Shown here: positions 25,475 through 38,365 of the stretch, piece by piece
Layout of the letters: each line of letters begins with the position of its first letter
Position numbering within the stretch: position 1 is the first letter of the stretch
Source: Octopus bimaculoides
Taxonomy: Eukaryota
NCBI RefSeq assembly: GCF_001194135.2
Contig: NC_069005.1
Coordinates: forward strand, 4,418,135-4,464,723
Length of the DNA stretch: 46,589 bases
Direction of reading: 5' to 3'
Position numbers and translations under genes: made by a program
Notes under the pieces: generated by a model
What the model was told of the DNA's origin: nothing
Database searches by the model: none
The model's input: only the letters and a program-made list of their open reading frames with translations

Positions 25475-26990
25475 GATACTGAATTTACTATAAAATACAT
25501 TAAATCTACACACATTCTCTGTTTGGACTGCGATGTGTATGTCACAGATTTCATAGGTGGCCATCTTTGAAAACTTTTTCAAAATTGATTAATTCATTAA
25601 GGCTTTTGTGACTAATAATTGATCATATTTACATAAAAGTAGTTTCAAAAAGGGAATGCGGGTGTCTCCTCAATGCGAAGCTGTGATTGGTCAGTTTTTG
25701 TCCTATCACGTGAGCAATATTCTAACGAATCCTGTCATCCAGCGCTTGTTGAATATTCCCGCCGTTATCTATTATTGTTATCATTTTGACCGTTATCCGA
25801 GAGTAGGCAGTATAAATGCAGGTGAAGTTTTCACAACCATCAGTTGTCAGTCAGCCGAGGAGATACATCACCCATCCAGTCAGCCGAGGAGATACATCAC
25901 CCATCCAGTCAGCCGAGGAGAGAGATCATTCATCCAGTTAGCCGAGGAGAGAGATCACCGTGCCGTTTTCCGAAAGAAGTCACTCTGCATTCAACTGTTT
26001 TCACAGTCACCCATCCAGTCAGCCGAGGACAGAGATCATCCGTCCGAACACAACGTGCCGTTTTCCGAAAGAAGTCACTCTGCATTCAACTGTTCATGTA
26101 AGTGAAATTTTAAATTCTGCTGTATAGATATTTATATTGTTAATTTTAATAATCCAGATTCCGCTGTACATTCCAAACGTTTCCTTCATTAAGTATATAG
26201 ACAAATTTTACATTTCATCGAGTTAAATTTGTATTATATCCCTAGAATGGTTTCAATTAACAGTTTTCCACGTGGCAACCCACTTTCATAAATGGGAAAT
26301 ATACGCGGGATTATTGAAAGCATCTTGAAAGAATTAAATTACTAATGTATAATGGGATTTTGAATATCTTTAACTGTAATTTCACGTAAAACATTCATGT
26401 GCCTCGCGATTTATTCACTGAATTATTCTTAAATACCGACGTGCGCAAACACATAAACTGAACTACATGCACAAAATCTCTTTACAACTTCTAAAACAAT
26501 ATTTTCATAAAGGAATATTTTTCTTGTACATAGAAAACTATATTACTGTTTTATTGTATGAGTTAATGTTTTGAAAGTACGTAATATATGTCGGGATATT
26601 TCTACGCGGTAGTAAAACTGCAGGGAAATATATACGCAACAGAAAAACTCTTCCCTTCTTACATTTTATACACCTAGGCAACAGATATTTTCTTAAATTC
26701 AGCTTGCAAATGCGTTCAATAATTTCCGAATATATGTTGTAGTTTATTAGTCCCACGATATGAATAGTTTAAAATAGGATTTTCTTTTTTTCTATTAAGA
26801 CATGATTTCAAAGGGGTCATTTATAAGCACGTATAGGGCAATGTGTAAATATAAATTGAAAACGTTCTGCTTAAATTTTGCATATATACATGTTGAATAT
26901 GTGTAAAATGCATCCCGTATTCTTAATAGTTTGAGACAGAGACGTTGTCTTCTGTGTAGGTCCCATGCAAATAAATAAGTTGATTTCAAA
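25475..26990 (+). promoter_or_regulatory. Duplicated block, copy 1: candidate promoter and non-coding first exon for gene C
   Basis: Homologous to 27440..28530. Contains ctgtgATTGGtcag (CCAAT box), TCACGTGA (E-box), TATA-like gtataaat at about 25810, and a gtaagt donor at 26098. The duplication is directly visible; the promoter role is inferred. Confidence 0.45.
25845..26097 (+). repeat. ~29-bp tandem repeat (ccatccagtcagccgaggagatacatcac, about 5 copies) plus a duplicated ~40-bp segment
   Basis: The units can be read directly. cgtgccgttttccgaaagaagtcactctgcattcaactgtt occurs at about 25959 and about 26054. The expansion is absent from copy 2 of the block. Confidence 0.85.
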
Positions 26991-27343
26991 TTCTCGATGA
27001 TTTCTCTAAGATATGTAAGTATGCATGTAATTATATAAAGTTATAAATAAAGGGAGAAATGTTGGGAGATAAAATTTATTGAAGCAGGGGAGTGAAAGGG
27101 AATAAGAGATATGGATAGATAGATATAGATCGTAGACACGTAGATAAAACGATGGATACATAGAGAGATGTACGCTCGGACGATACATAGTTAAGTTTTT
27201 TAAATGAAAGTTGGTCGTCTTCTGTTTGGTTGTTGTTCCTCGCATTCGGTACTAATTGTGATTATTTTGAGAAGTCCAGTGTGTGGCATTATTATTATTT
27301 TTTCTTGTAATGCCCTTTATATAAATATAAACGAATAAGTATG

Positions 27344-27390
<47 letters not shown>

Positions 27391-27439
27391 ATATATACAT
27401 ACATACACACACACACATATTTATCACCTTGACATTGCG

Positions 27440-28530
27440 ATTCTAATAACCTGATGTAGAAATTTACTATGAAGTAGCATCGGAGCTACACGGGTTCTCT
27501 GCTGAGACCGCACTGCATCTGTGACAGAAGTCATACGTGGGCATCGTTGGAAAGCTCTTGAACATACGCTAATTCAAAAATAATTGCCCATTTTTACATA
27601 AAAGTAGTATTAAAAATATATGCGGGTGTCTCCTCAATGCGAATCCGTGATTGGTCAGTTTTTGTCCTATCACGTGAGCAATATTCTAACGAATCGTATC
27701 ATCGAGCGATTGTTGAATATTCCCGCCGTTATCTATTATTGTTATCATTTTGACCGTTATCCCAACGTAGACAGTATAAGCACAGGTGAAGTTTTCAAAG
27801 TCATTAGTTGTCAGTCAGCTGCGGAGAGAGGTTACTCATCCAGATCACCACGTGCTTTTTTCGTAAGGAAATCATTCTCTATTCTATTGTTTGTGTAAGT
27901 GCAATTTTAAAATCTATTCCATAGTTATTTAAATTATTAATAGTAATAATCCAGATTTCTATATTCGTCTCAGACATTTTCTTCATTAAGTATATAGCCA
28001 AATTTTACATAGCCTGAATTAATTCGTCGTGATAAATTTGTATTTTAACCCCAGCTACTTTCTACTGGTGACAAGCCAGTCTTCATAAATATGTGAAATA
28101 TACGCAGGATCGTAAAGGAATTCTGTTAATAATGTATGATGAGATTTTGAATAACTTTAACTGTAATTTCACGTAAAACATTCCCTTTTGTTGACATTTA
28201 TTCACTGAATTATTCTGAAATATATACAGAACTCCACAATCACATCACCAGAACCTCACACATTAAAACTTCTAAAACAATATGTTCATAAAGGGATATT
28301 TTTCTTGTACTTATAAATCTATGTTTCTCGTTTATTCTGCGAGTTAATGTTGTAACCGTTTGTAATATATGTCGGGGTATTTTTACGCTGAAATACAATA
28401 TCGAAAAATGCGGTGAAATATATACGCAACAGAAAAACTCTTACTTTTTTACCATGTAAACAAATACATTTTATACACTGTATAATACCATGCAAATAAG
28501 TTAGTTGATTTCAAATTCTCGGTGTTTTAT
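27440..28530 (+). promoter_or_regulatory. Duplicated block, copy 2: candidate promoter and non-coding first exon for gene C
   Basis: Same CCAAT/E-box core at about 27620-27770, gtataag at about 27774, gtaagt donor at 27895, about 1.4 kb upstream of the 29339 acceptor. Confidence 0.45.
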
Positions 28531-29378
28531 CTAGGATGTGTATGTATGTACGTACGTATATGCATGTGTATGTATGTATGTAATTATATGAGAGAAACGT
28601 AGTAAGATAAATTTTATTCAAGCAGAGGAATTTATTATAGTGACAATACTGTTGGAGATTTCAGCATCCATATATTATCTATGTTTTTTTTTTTTTCAAT
28701 TTGTTTCTGTGCGCCTCCAAAATTTTTAACGTTGCATATGTAATGTGTTCATTCAAATTTCTACAGAAATTAATATAGAAATATTAATGCAAATCTGTTT
28801 TTTCGTATCAAAGTGGCTATATGCACATAGTTATATTTACAAGTGTGACCGTATGCATGATCTGGTATATTTCTGTGCAACAGTTTATATCCAACGAACA
28901 CAACACAGCTTAGACATATGTATGTTTTAAAGTTGCAAATTTTGGTGGAAGGGAATCTAATACTTTAGAAATGGAATTTAGAATAAAATTTATTTGGAAT
29001 ACACAAATATGATAATAACATGCGAAATATATGTTGAAATTCATAGTGTATATACATAGAAAAACAAATCTAATTTATAGTATATTTGTGAGTGTATATA
29101 AATTTATTTCGAATATATTAACTCCATGTTTATGTAATTAGGGGTGCACGGCTCAGGGGAGACAATCGAATTGTACCTATATAAAAACTTTGTTCTAAGA
29201 AATTATACAATGATCTTTAAAAATCTCTGATTATTCAGTCTAAATGTGTTGCAATGATTCTAAATGTATTCATTCCTCTTAACCGAAATTCTTTCAATGT
29301 TCTACTGAACACTATTAATTATAAATATTAATTTTCAGACCCCAATTTGAAGTTATTTCTATAAAAGTAGCATCAAGA

Positions 29379-29465
29379 ATGGAGACTCTAGGAGCAACAG
29401 GATTTCAGTCATACTATCAATTCAGCCCATCGTATTATTACGACCAGGTGGGATTTCAGGAAGTG
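29379..29465 (+). CDS. Gene C, coding exon 1: METLGATGFQSYYQFSPSYYYDQVGFQEV; full exon 29339..29465
   Basis: Acceptor aattttcag at 29338, ATG at 29379, 87 nt, GAAGTG|gtaagt donor at 29466. Homologous to gene B exon 1. Confidence 0.85.
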
Positions 29466-29742
29466 GTAAGTTCTTATTATTGCACTTGTACACACACACA
29501 CACACACACATAGACACATGATCTATAGCTATTACTATATTAATAATTGTTCTACAATAGGGTATTTAATTAATCTGCAGTTAATGATCAAAATTCGACT
29601 CATTACCTCGTATCCCTTACTTCCAATTTCCCAATTCAAATACTATTCTTTAAAACTATCGTAGAAGTACATATGTATATAAAATTTATTAATATCTATA
29701 TTTTATATATTAAATAAAAACATGTATTTTATGACATTACAG

Positions 29743-29779
29743 GTACATGAAGATTGTGTAGAATATCCTGTTCAAGATG
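29743..29779 (+). CDS. Gene C, 37-nt micro-exon 2 (VHEDCVEYPVQD+G)
   Basis: cattacag|GTACATGAAG...CAAGATG|gtgagt, phase 0/1. Confidence 0.85.
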
Positions 29780-30241
29780 GTGAGTACAATTTTAGTACTA
29801 TAATTTAACATATATGGTGATACCACTTACTGATCACAAATCCCTTAGTCGTATGATTACGTAGATTATGAAATAAAATGCTAGCCAGATTATATGGATG
29901 TTAATCAACGAAATGCTTATCTCTTATTCGGGAACGTGAGTAAAGATTTGAGATTATTACCATCATTACTATTAAAACTATTAATGTTTGGTTTGTGTTC
30001 TACTTCATTTTACTTTTTGATTTGCATTCGTTTTATATACTAAGTTTTTTTTTTTAACTATTTTGTCTTTTAACATTCTATATTGATTTATATATGTTAT
30101 ATTATACATTACTTATTACTTTTATTAATTATTATCTTCATTGATGTTGTTGTTATATGAAATGATATCATGAAGTATATAATTTACTGTATTATGTTTG
30201 CTGTTGCTTCTACCAATACCTTCATTTCTATTTTTACATAG

Positions 30242-31950
30242 ACACGAATATCAATTATAGTCCAGATACCCAAGGAATTGATTTGTATTATGGAAGGTTA
30301 AGTTCATGCAACGAGTACGAAAATGTCTATCAAGATTGTATAACAAACCTAACCAATAACCAATTGATGGATACATATGAAAGTTATGACAATGAAGAAA
30401 TATGTTTATATGCTGACAATCCCCTAGAGATTAATCTTTCGCAGGAAAAAATCCTTGGTCAATTCAACGTTCCACATTGTATCGACTACCAGAGGAGAAG
30501 ATGTGATATAAACTATATTATCTCTACATATGGACAAAGTTTTGCCTTCTTTTGTAAAAGCTGTTTAGAGAGATGTGAGATATCCCAAGAGAGTTCCGAT
30601 AACCCTCATCAGTGCGGTGGTTCGATAGCTCATTATTGGGAATCGACAAAGTTATTACAGTGTATTACCAAGTCAGGAATGTTTACGATCAGGAAACCCT
30701 TCACTGTAAGAAAAGAGGCTTGTTATTCAATGTGTCCTTCAGGTTCATTCTGCACCAAACATTTGTGTACTTATGCTCACAGTGAAGTTGAAAGAGACAT
30801 ATGGCGCCTGGAAAGGGATCAGGGATTTGTGCAGGAAAGACTGGTGGAAGTTTGTAAGGATTTGCATGGCAGCGATCCATCAGGTAACAGCGAGCAGCCA
30901 GACATGTTTCATGTAGAAACAGAGGACCACAGAGATGATGCCGGCAGACAGAGGAATCTCATTTTAAACAATCATAAGGATTATTCCTTGAGGTTCAGCA
31001 GTGCGCAAAACTTGAAATTAACATTAAATAACTTGAAACTGCATGATATGAAATTAAATACCATTAATACATGGGCTTTTAAATCTGAGGATGTTCTGTC
31101 CAATGGAGCAACGTTTCACACACCTGAGTGTGAGGTTGATTATTCATTAAATGCATCTTGTAGAAATGGAGACGAAAAGCGATCCACGCGCTTTTCCTCT
31201 CGACCATCTCTCCTCCGAAGAACTCCTTATTCCAGAGAAGATGTAACTAATGGATTTGAGAGGAATGGGCTTAATAATAAAACACCCCGAAAATCTCTTG
31301 CTGAGAAAACTTCATCAGTATACAATGGGAATTATGGAGTGTGCATGAGAACAAATGAAATCCCAGGAGGAGTAACTTTACTCCGAAGACCATCCGATGT
31401 TGCTGAAAATAGTGAAAACCCTGTTGAAATTTTAATTTCGAATGACACATTTGCTACATCTGAAAATAATCAAACCATCATTTCTGCAGAAAATGGTGTG
31501 GTTGTACTGAATTCGTTTGTTCTTCCTGATGGACCACAAAATTCGAACCCATATCTTAAATCATTCTCAGTACCCGAAAATAATAAACGTCTTCTTCAAT
31601 ATATGACTGTAAAAGACAGAACAGAAAATACACATTCGTTTCCAAATGGAAAATCTAGCGTGGAAAATGGAGCAATTGCTAATGGGTGTGCAGGTCTTCC
31701 TCAGCCAAGTCTTGGCTCAACTCTTTCGCTAGACTCTTCCAATGATAAGCAAGATAAGGAGATCAATGATTCGTTTTTAGATGAGAATAAAGAATTATGT
31801 GATAGACCTGAACAGAAGGAAGAGACGCCAGATGAGGAAAGTGATGTTGATGAATGGGAAATGCTTAGTCGTGAGATATTTCATGAGGTGCATCTCGGAC
31901 TTAATCCAGCATATTATACAATGGAACTGGCCGATGGTGATTTACATTAG
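30242..31950 (+). CDS. Gene C, large exon 3: ZC3H7-like zinc-finger protein paralog with a degenerate first zinc unit; predicted total CDS 1833 nt, 610 aa
   Basis: Acceptor tttttacatag at 30241 is in frame (phase 1) with the 555-aa ORF. The protein is collinear with gene B (RCDINYIISTYGQ, HYWESTK, IRKPFTVRK, CTYAHSEVERDIWRLERDQGF, GNYGVC..TNEIP..VTLLRRP). TAG at 31948-31950. Confidence 0.85.
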
Positions 31951-32576
31951 TGGTAAGTTAAATTGCATTTTATTGAAAGAGGCTTCTGGAGGTTTAATAT
32001 TTCTTTGAGCGATACATGCTTTACGTTCTTGTTTTCAATTCAATCCGGATCCTCCTTCTCCAATGTTAGCATCATAATAGCATCGAAGTAAATAGCATGC
32101 AAAAAGAAAATAGACACAATTAGTGTCATAATACTAATTTCTTAGATTAGCTAAATATATCTTTTATTGTAAGTCTTGGATTAACGACTAAAACTATTTT
32201 AAATGCTGAGATGCTTATTTGAGTGTCAAAATGGAATCCTGCAATGCTTTTCCAATTTTCTAAGCATGGCTTTCTGAGATATACTTCCCGATAATTGAAA
32301 GATAAAGCTAATGTTTTCCATTATGTTTGATATTTAAAATTGTTCAAGACATAACATCAAATCATGTTTCATAATCTTACACAGTTCTTTGTCTTTCTCT
32401 ATCTATCTATCTAAAAATCAGTCTCTCTCTTTCCCTCCCATTCTCTCTACCTCTCTTTCTATACACACACAAACACAAAACAAGTTTATTTGAATTCAAT
32501 GATTAATTTAAAATTATTCCCACATTAATCTGGGTGTATTCTGCATTAATCATTACATTGTTTCTTGAATTTTCAG

Positions 32577-32900
32577 ATTACCTGACGGATCCCCAATCAA
32601 ACACGATGCCTTAGACAATGTGATGCCATAAACACAATTTTCCCGAAAAGCCCGGTCTTTCACTGATATTTTTATATTCATATATATTTTATATTCATAT
32701 ATTTCCACTTATTTCACAGTATTTTTTCCATATACATAAACATATTTTTCTTTTATATATTTCTTCCATATATTTCCGTTGTTTTATATTTTCAATTTTT
32801 CTTCTTACAAATCTTCTGAAAACATTTTTCTGTAATATATTTCTATTTGTAAATAAATTATTCTAAATACTTTCAAGAAATGGCCCGTCGTGTTGTTTAT
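32577..32900 (+). other. Probable 3' UTR exon of gene C (3' end not determined)
   Basis: Donor gtaagt at 31953, 2 nt after the stop, and acceptor ttcttgaattttcag at 32576. Confidence 0.4.
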
Positions 32901-34325
32901 CTTTTTACTTTCATATTTCTTCACTTCTTTATTTAAGTGTTTATAGCCATATTAGTTTCTAAATTTGATGTATGCGTAATTGTATACATGCATAAACATG
33001 TAAATGTTATAAGGCTCTATGTGTTTCTGTGAATGAATAGGACCAGGAGAAAGACCACCATAATTTTCAAGTTCATTAATTTGGCCCCTGTATGTTTTTC
33101 AGACGATAATGGAATAGTAATTGCCTTCCAGGATCTGAATATCATCACTCAGCTTGGTGTCAGTCCGTGTACACACCTGCAATATATGTTAGAGATTTTG
33201 TGGTAACGTTTGGCATATATTAACTTCCAGACAAAAATACGCTGTAGTTATTGTGGAGAAAATGTATTCTGTGATTGGAAATATGCATACATGCACAAAT
33301 GTATATGTATATGTATTTGTAATGAGACTCATAGAATAGGGAGTTCTTAATTATTAAATTAAGCAGATGAGTTAGGATGTAACAATGAATATCCCTTACC
33401 AAGGTGCTCTCCCTTAACAATGCCTACAGTATTGCCTACCTAATGTTTACATTGCTGGACGTTAAAAAACCGGGAACCCTTTTAAAGTTAGCGAATATTA
33501 CACCGAGGAACGCAGAAGCAGTCTCTGTCTCTCATTCTCTCTCTCTCTCTCTCTCTCACGTCTTCTCTCTTTCTCTCTCTATTGCTATCTCTCCGATTGA
33601 ATCTCTTTCTTTCTCTTTCTCCCTGTCCCTTTCTCCATCTGTCTCACTCTCTCTTTCTCTACTCCTCACTTCCCTCTTTATCTCTCTCTCTCTCTCTCTT
33701 TTCTCTTCCGCCCTCTCTCTCTCTCTTTCCCTTTCTCTCTTTCTCTCTCTCTTTCTCCGTTCCTTTGTCACACTCTTTCTCCCTCTTTTTCTCTCACTTT
33801 ATTCAATCTCTCCATCTTCTCTCTTCCTCACTATTTTTTTCTCTCTCTCTTTCTCTCTTTCCTTTTCTTTCTCTCATTATCACTCTCTCTTTGTCTCTCT
33901 CCATTTGTCTTTCTCTCGCTCTCTTTTTCTCTCACTCTTTCGATTTCTCTCTTTCTTTCTCTCTCATTTTCTCCCTCTTTTTCACTCTCTTTCTCTTTCT
34001 ATCTCTTTTGCTCTCTATCTTTCTCTATCTCTCTTCTTCACTCCCTTTTTCTCTATCTCTCTATCACTCTCCCTCTTTCTGCGTCATATATGTATATATA
34101 TATATATATATATATNNNNNNNNNNNNNNNNNNNNNNNNNNNNNNNNNNNNNNNNNNNNNNNNNNNNNNNNNNNNNNNNNNNNNNNNNNNNNNNNNNNNN
34201 NNNNNNNNNNNNNNNNNNNNNNNNNNNNNNNNNNNNNNNNNNNNNNNNNNNNNNNNNNNNNNNNNNNNNNNNNNNNNNNNNNNNNNNNNNNNNNNNNNNN
34301 NNNNNNNNNNNATACGCTAACATGG

Positions 34326-34356
<31 letters not shown>

Positions 34357-35231
34357 TACACACACACACACACACAGAGAGAATGTATTTATTACTAGAC
34401 ACATAAACTTAAAGCATATGAAATGTACATTTCTCTGTAAGCCTCATAACACATTTTTGAGATGCAGTCATTAAAATCAGCTGGTTTAAACCCACATACT
34501 AGCCATCACCAATCCAGATAGAGAGTGAAAGAAAGGGAAAGGAAAAGACAGAAAAAGAGGGTGAGAGAAATAGAGAGAGAGTGAGAGGGAGAGAGAAAGA
34601 GGGAGGGAGAGGGAGAACGAGAGAGAGATAGAGAGACAGAGAATGGTAGGGAGGAGGAAAAGAAGAGAGATTATTGAGGCGAGAGTGAGATTGAGAGAAA
34701 GAGAGAGAGGAAGAGGAAGAGGGAGAGAAGAGAGAAAGAGAGAGAGGAAGAGTAAAGTGAGAGTGAGAGAGAGAGAGAGGAAAAGAGAGATAGAGAAAAA
34801 GAGAGATAGAGAAAAACAAAGAGAGAGAAAGAGAGGGAGAAAAGGGAGAGAAAAGAGAAAGAAAGAGACAGAGAGCAAGAGAATAGGGAAAGAGAGAGAG
34901 AGAAAAAGAGAGAGACAGAGGGAGAGAGAGAAAGAAAGAGAGAAAGCAAGAAAGAAAGAGAGAGAAAGCAAGAAAGAAAGAGAGAGACGGAGAGAAGAGA
35001 GAGAGAGAGAAAGGGAGAAAAGAGAGAGAGAGTGTGTGTGTGTCTGTGTTAATATCTACTCATATACACGTGCGCACACGCGAGCATGGACTCACACAGA
35101 ATGTATTTATTACAGAACACAAACTTAAAGCATATGAAATGTACATTTCTCTGTAAGCCTCATAACACATTTTTGAGATGCAGTCATTAAAAGCAGCTGG
35201 TTTAAACCCACGTGGTAGCCATCACCAATCC

Positions 35232-35296
35232 AGGTAACTCATGTTCCATCCCATCGGGTATTGAGTGGCTTCGATGGGATTCAAAGAGAGTTACCT
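35232..35296 (+). ncRNA. Candidate pre-miRNA-like hairpin, copy 1
   Basis: AGGTAACTC/GAGTTACCT (9 bp) and ATCCCATCG/CGATGGGAT (9 bp) nested inverted repeats, 7x7 internal loop, 15-nt apical segment, 65 nt total. The strand of expression is unknown. Confidence 0.35.
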
Positions 35297-35392
35297 CGCC
35301 TGGCCATTATATCACACACGTAAAGTATCTCTGGATGTGGAAAAGCAGAGGCCTTTTAGACTTGGCGAATCTTGCACTGCAAAACACACAAG

Positions 35393-35438
<46 letters not shown>

Positions 35439-36948
35439 GTCTCTCTCTCTCTCTNNNNNNNNNNNNNNNNNNNNNNNNNNNNNNNNNNNNNNNNNNNNNN
35501 NNNNNNNNNNNNNNNNNNNNNNNNNNNNNNNNNNNNNNNNNNNNNNNNNNNNNNNNNNNNNNNNNNNNNNNNNNNNNNNNNNNNNNNNNNNNNNNNNNNN
35601 NNNNNNNNNNNNNNNNNNNNNNNNNNNNNNNNNNNNNNNNNNNNNNNNNNNNNNNNNNNNNNNNNNNNNNNNNNNNNNNNNNNNNNNNNNNNNNNNNNNN
35701 NNNNNNNNNNNNNNNNNNNNNNNNNNNNNNNNNNNNNNNNNNNNNNNNNNNNNNNNNNNNNNNNNNNNNNNNNNNNNNNNNNNNNNNNNNNNNNNNNNNN
35801 NNNNNNNNNNNNNNNNNNNNNNNNNNNNNNNNNNNNNNNNNNNNNNNNNNNNNNNNNNNNNNNNNNNNNNNNNNNNNNNNNNNNNNNNNNNNNNNNNNNN
35901 NNNNNNNNNNNNNNNNNNNNNNNNNNNNNNNNNNNNNNNNNNNNNNNNNNNNNNNNNNNNNNNNNNNNNNNNNNNNNNNNNNNNNNNNNNNNNNNNNNNN
36001 NNNNNNNNNNNNNNNNNNNNNNNNNNNNNNNNNNNNNNNNNNNNNNNNNNNNNNNNNNNNNNNNNNNNNNNNNNATATATATGTTGTTGTACTTGGGGAT
36101 GGTCATATTGCCAGTTTAGCCAATAAAAACACACGCAATATATATATATATATATATATATATATGACGCAGAAAGAAGGAGAGTGATAGAGAGAGAGAA
36201 AAAGGGAGTGAAGTAGAGAGATAGAGAAAGATAGAGAGTGAAGGCAAGGGAAAGGGAAACACAGAAAAAGAGGGTGAGAGAAATAGATAGATAGACATAC
36301 GGATAGAGAGAGAGAGAGAGAGTGAGAGAGAAAGAGAGAGAGATAGAGAGGGAGAGAGGGAGAGGGAGAGAGAGAAAGAGAGAGAGGAAGAGGGAGAGAA
36401 GAGAGAAAGAGGAAGAGTAAAGTGAGAGTGAGTGAGAGAGAGGAAAAGAGAGATAGAGAAAAAGAGTGATAGAGAAAATGAGAGAGAGGGAGAGAAAAGA
36501 GAAAGAAAGAGACAGAGAGCAAGAGAGAAGGACAGAGACGAAGAGGAGGGAGAGAAGAGAGAAAGAGAGAAACAGAAAAAGAGAGAGAGAGAAAAACAGA
36601 AAGAGAAAAAAAGAGAGAGAGAGATAAAGAGAGAGAGAGAGAAAAAGAGAGAGAGAAAAAGAGAGAGAGAGTAAGCAAGAAAGAAAGAGAGAGACAGAGA
36701 GAAGAGAGAGACAGAGAGATAGAAAGCGGGAAAAGAGAGAAAGAGTGTGTGTGTGTATGTGTGTTAATATCTACTCATATACACGTGCGCTCACGCGAAC
36801 ATGGACACACACAGAATGTATTTATTACCGGACACATAAACTTAAAGCATATGAAATGTACATTTCTCTGTAAGCCTCATAACACATTTTTGAGATGCAG
36901 TCATTAAAAGCAGCTGGTTTAAACCCACGTGGTAGCCATCACCAATCC

Positions 36949-37013
36949 AGGTAACTCATGTTCCATCCCATCGGGTATTGAGTGGCTTCGATGGGATTCA
37001 AAGAGAGTTACCT
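36949..37013 (+). ncRNA. Candidate pre-miRNA-like hairpin, copy 2
   Basis: Identical 65 nt to copy 1. Confidence 0.35.
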
Positions 37014-37109
37014 CGCCTGGTCATTATATCAAACACGTAAAGAATCTCTGGATGTGGAAAACCAGAGACCTTTTAGACTTGGCGAATCTTGCACTGCAAA
37101 ACACACAAG

Positions 37110-37141
<32 letters not shown>

Positions 37142-37423
37142 ATCNNNNNNNNNNNNNNNNNNNNNNNNNNNNNNNNNNNNNNNNNNNNNNNNNNNNNNNN
37201 NNNNNNNNNNNNNNNNNNNNNNNNNNNNNNNNNNNNNNNNNNNNNNNNNNNNNNNNNNNNNNNNNNNNNNNNNNNNNNNNNNNNNNNNNNNNNNNNNNNN
37301 NNNNNNNNNNNNNNNNNNNNNNNNNNNNNNNNNNNNNNNNNNNNNNNNNNNNNNNNNNNNNNNNNNNNNNNNNNNNNNNNNNNNNNNNNNNNNNNNNNNN
37401 NNNNNNNNNNNNNNNNNNNNNNN

Positions 37424-37457
<34 letters not shown>

Positions 37458-37495
37458 TCTGTCTGTCTGTCTCTCTCTCTCTCTATCTCTCTCTC

Positions 37496-37530
<35 letters not shown>

Positions 37531-38300
37531 CGCAGAAAGAAGGAGAGTGATAGAGAGAGAGAAAAAGGGAGTGTAGTAGAGAGATAGAGAAAGATAGAGA
37601 GTGAAAGAAAGGGAAGGGGAAAGACAGAAAAAGAGGGTGAGAGAAATAGATAGACAGATAGACAGACAGAGAGAGAGAGAGTGAGAGAGAAAGAAAGAGA
37701 GATAGAGAGGGAGAGGGAGAGGGAGAGGGAGAGGGAGAGAAAGAGTAAAGCGAGAGTGGGCGAGAGAGAGGAAAAGAGAGATAGAGAAAAAGAGAGATAG
37801 AGAAAAACAGAGAGAGAGAAACTGAGAGAGAGAAAGAGAGGGAGAAAAGGGAGAGGAAAGAGAAAGAAAGAGACAGAGAGAGACAGAGAGCAAGAGAGAA
37901 GGAGAGAGACGGAGAGGAGGGAGAGAAGAGAGAAAGAGAAAAAGGGAGAGAGAGAAAAAGAGAGAGTGAGTAAAAGAGAGAGAGAGAGAAAAAGAGAGAG
38001 AGAAAGGAAGAAAGGAAGAGAGAGACGGAGAGAAGAGAGAGAGAGAGATAGAAAGCGAGAAAAGAGAGAGAGAGAGAAATAGAAAGCGAGAAAAGAGAGA
38101 AAGAGTGTGTATGTGTTAATATCTACTCATATACACGTGCGCTCACGCGAGCATGGACTCACACAGAATGTATTTATTACCGGACACATAAACTTAAAGC
38201 ATATGAAATGTACATTTCTCTGTAAGCCTCATAACACATTTTTGAGATGCAGTCATTAAAAGCAGCTGGTTTAAGCCCACGTTGTAGCCATCACCAATCC

Positions 38301-38365
38301 AGGTAACTCATGTTCCATCCCATCGGGTATTGAGTGGCTTCGATGGGATTCAAAGAGAGTTACCT
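38301..38365 (+). ncRNA. Candidate pre-miRNA-like hairpin, copy 3
   Basis: Identical 65 nt to copy 1. Confidence 0.35.

Noticed and set aside
25656-27898. Paired ORFs MRVSPQCE(A/S)VIGQFLSYHVSNILTN... (149 aa and 92 aa)
   Set aside because: The similarity comes from the DNA duplication. Splicing either donor to 29339 meets a stop (TGA or TAA) before gene C's ATG, and the conserved core coincides with CCAAT/E-box motifs. A uORF role is not excluded.
35232-35393. Hairpin with a 7x7 internal loop as an H/ACA snoRNA pocket or a hammerhead ribozyme
   Set aside because: There is no ANANNA or ACA box at the required distance after the lower stem on either strand, and no CUGANGA/GAAA core.
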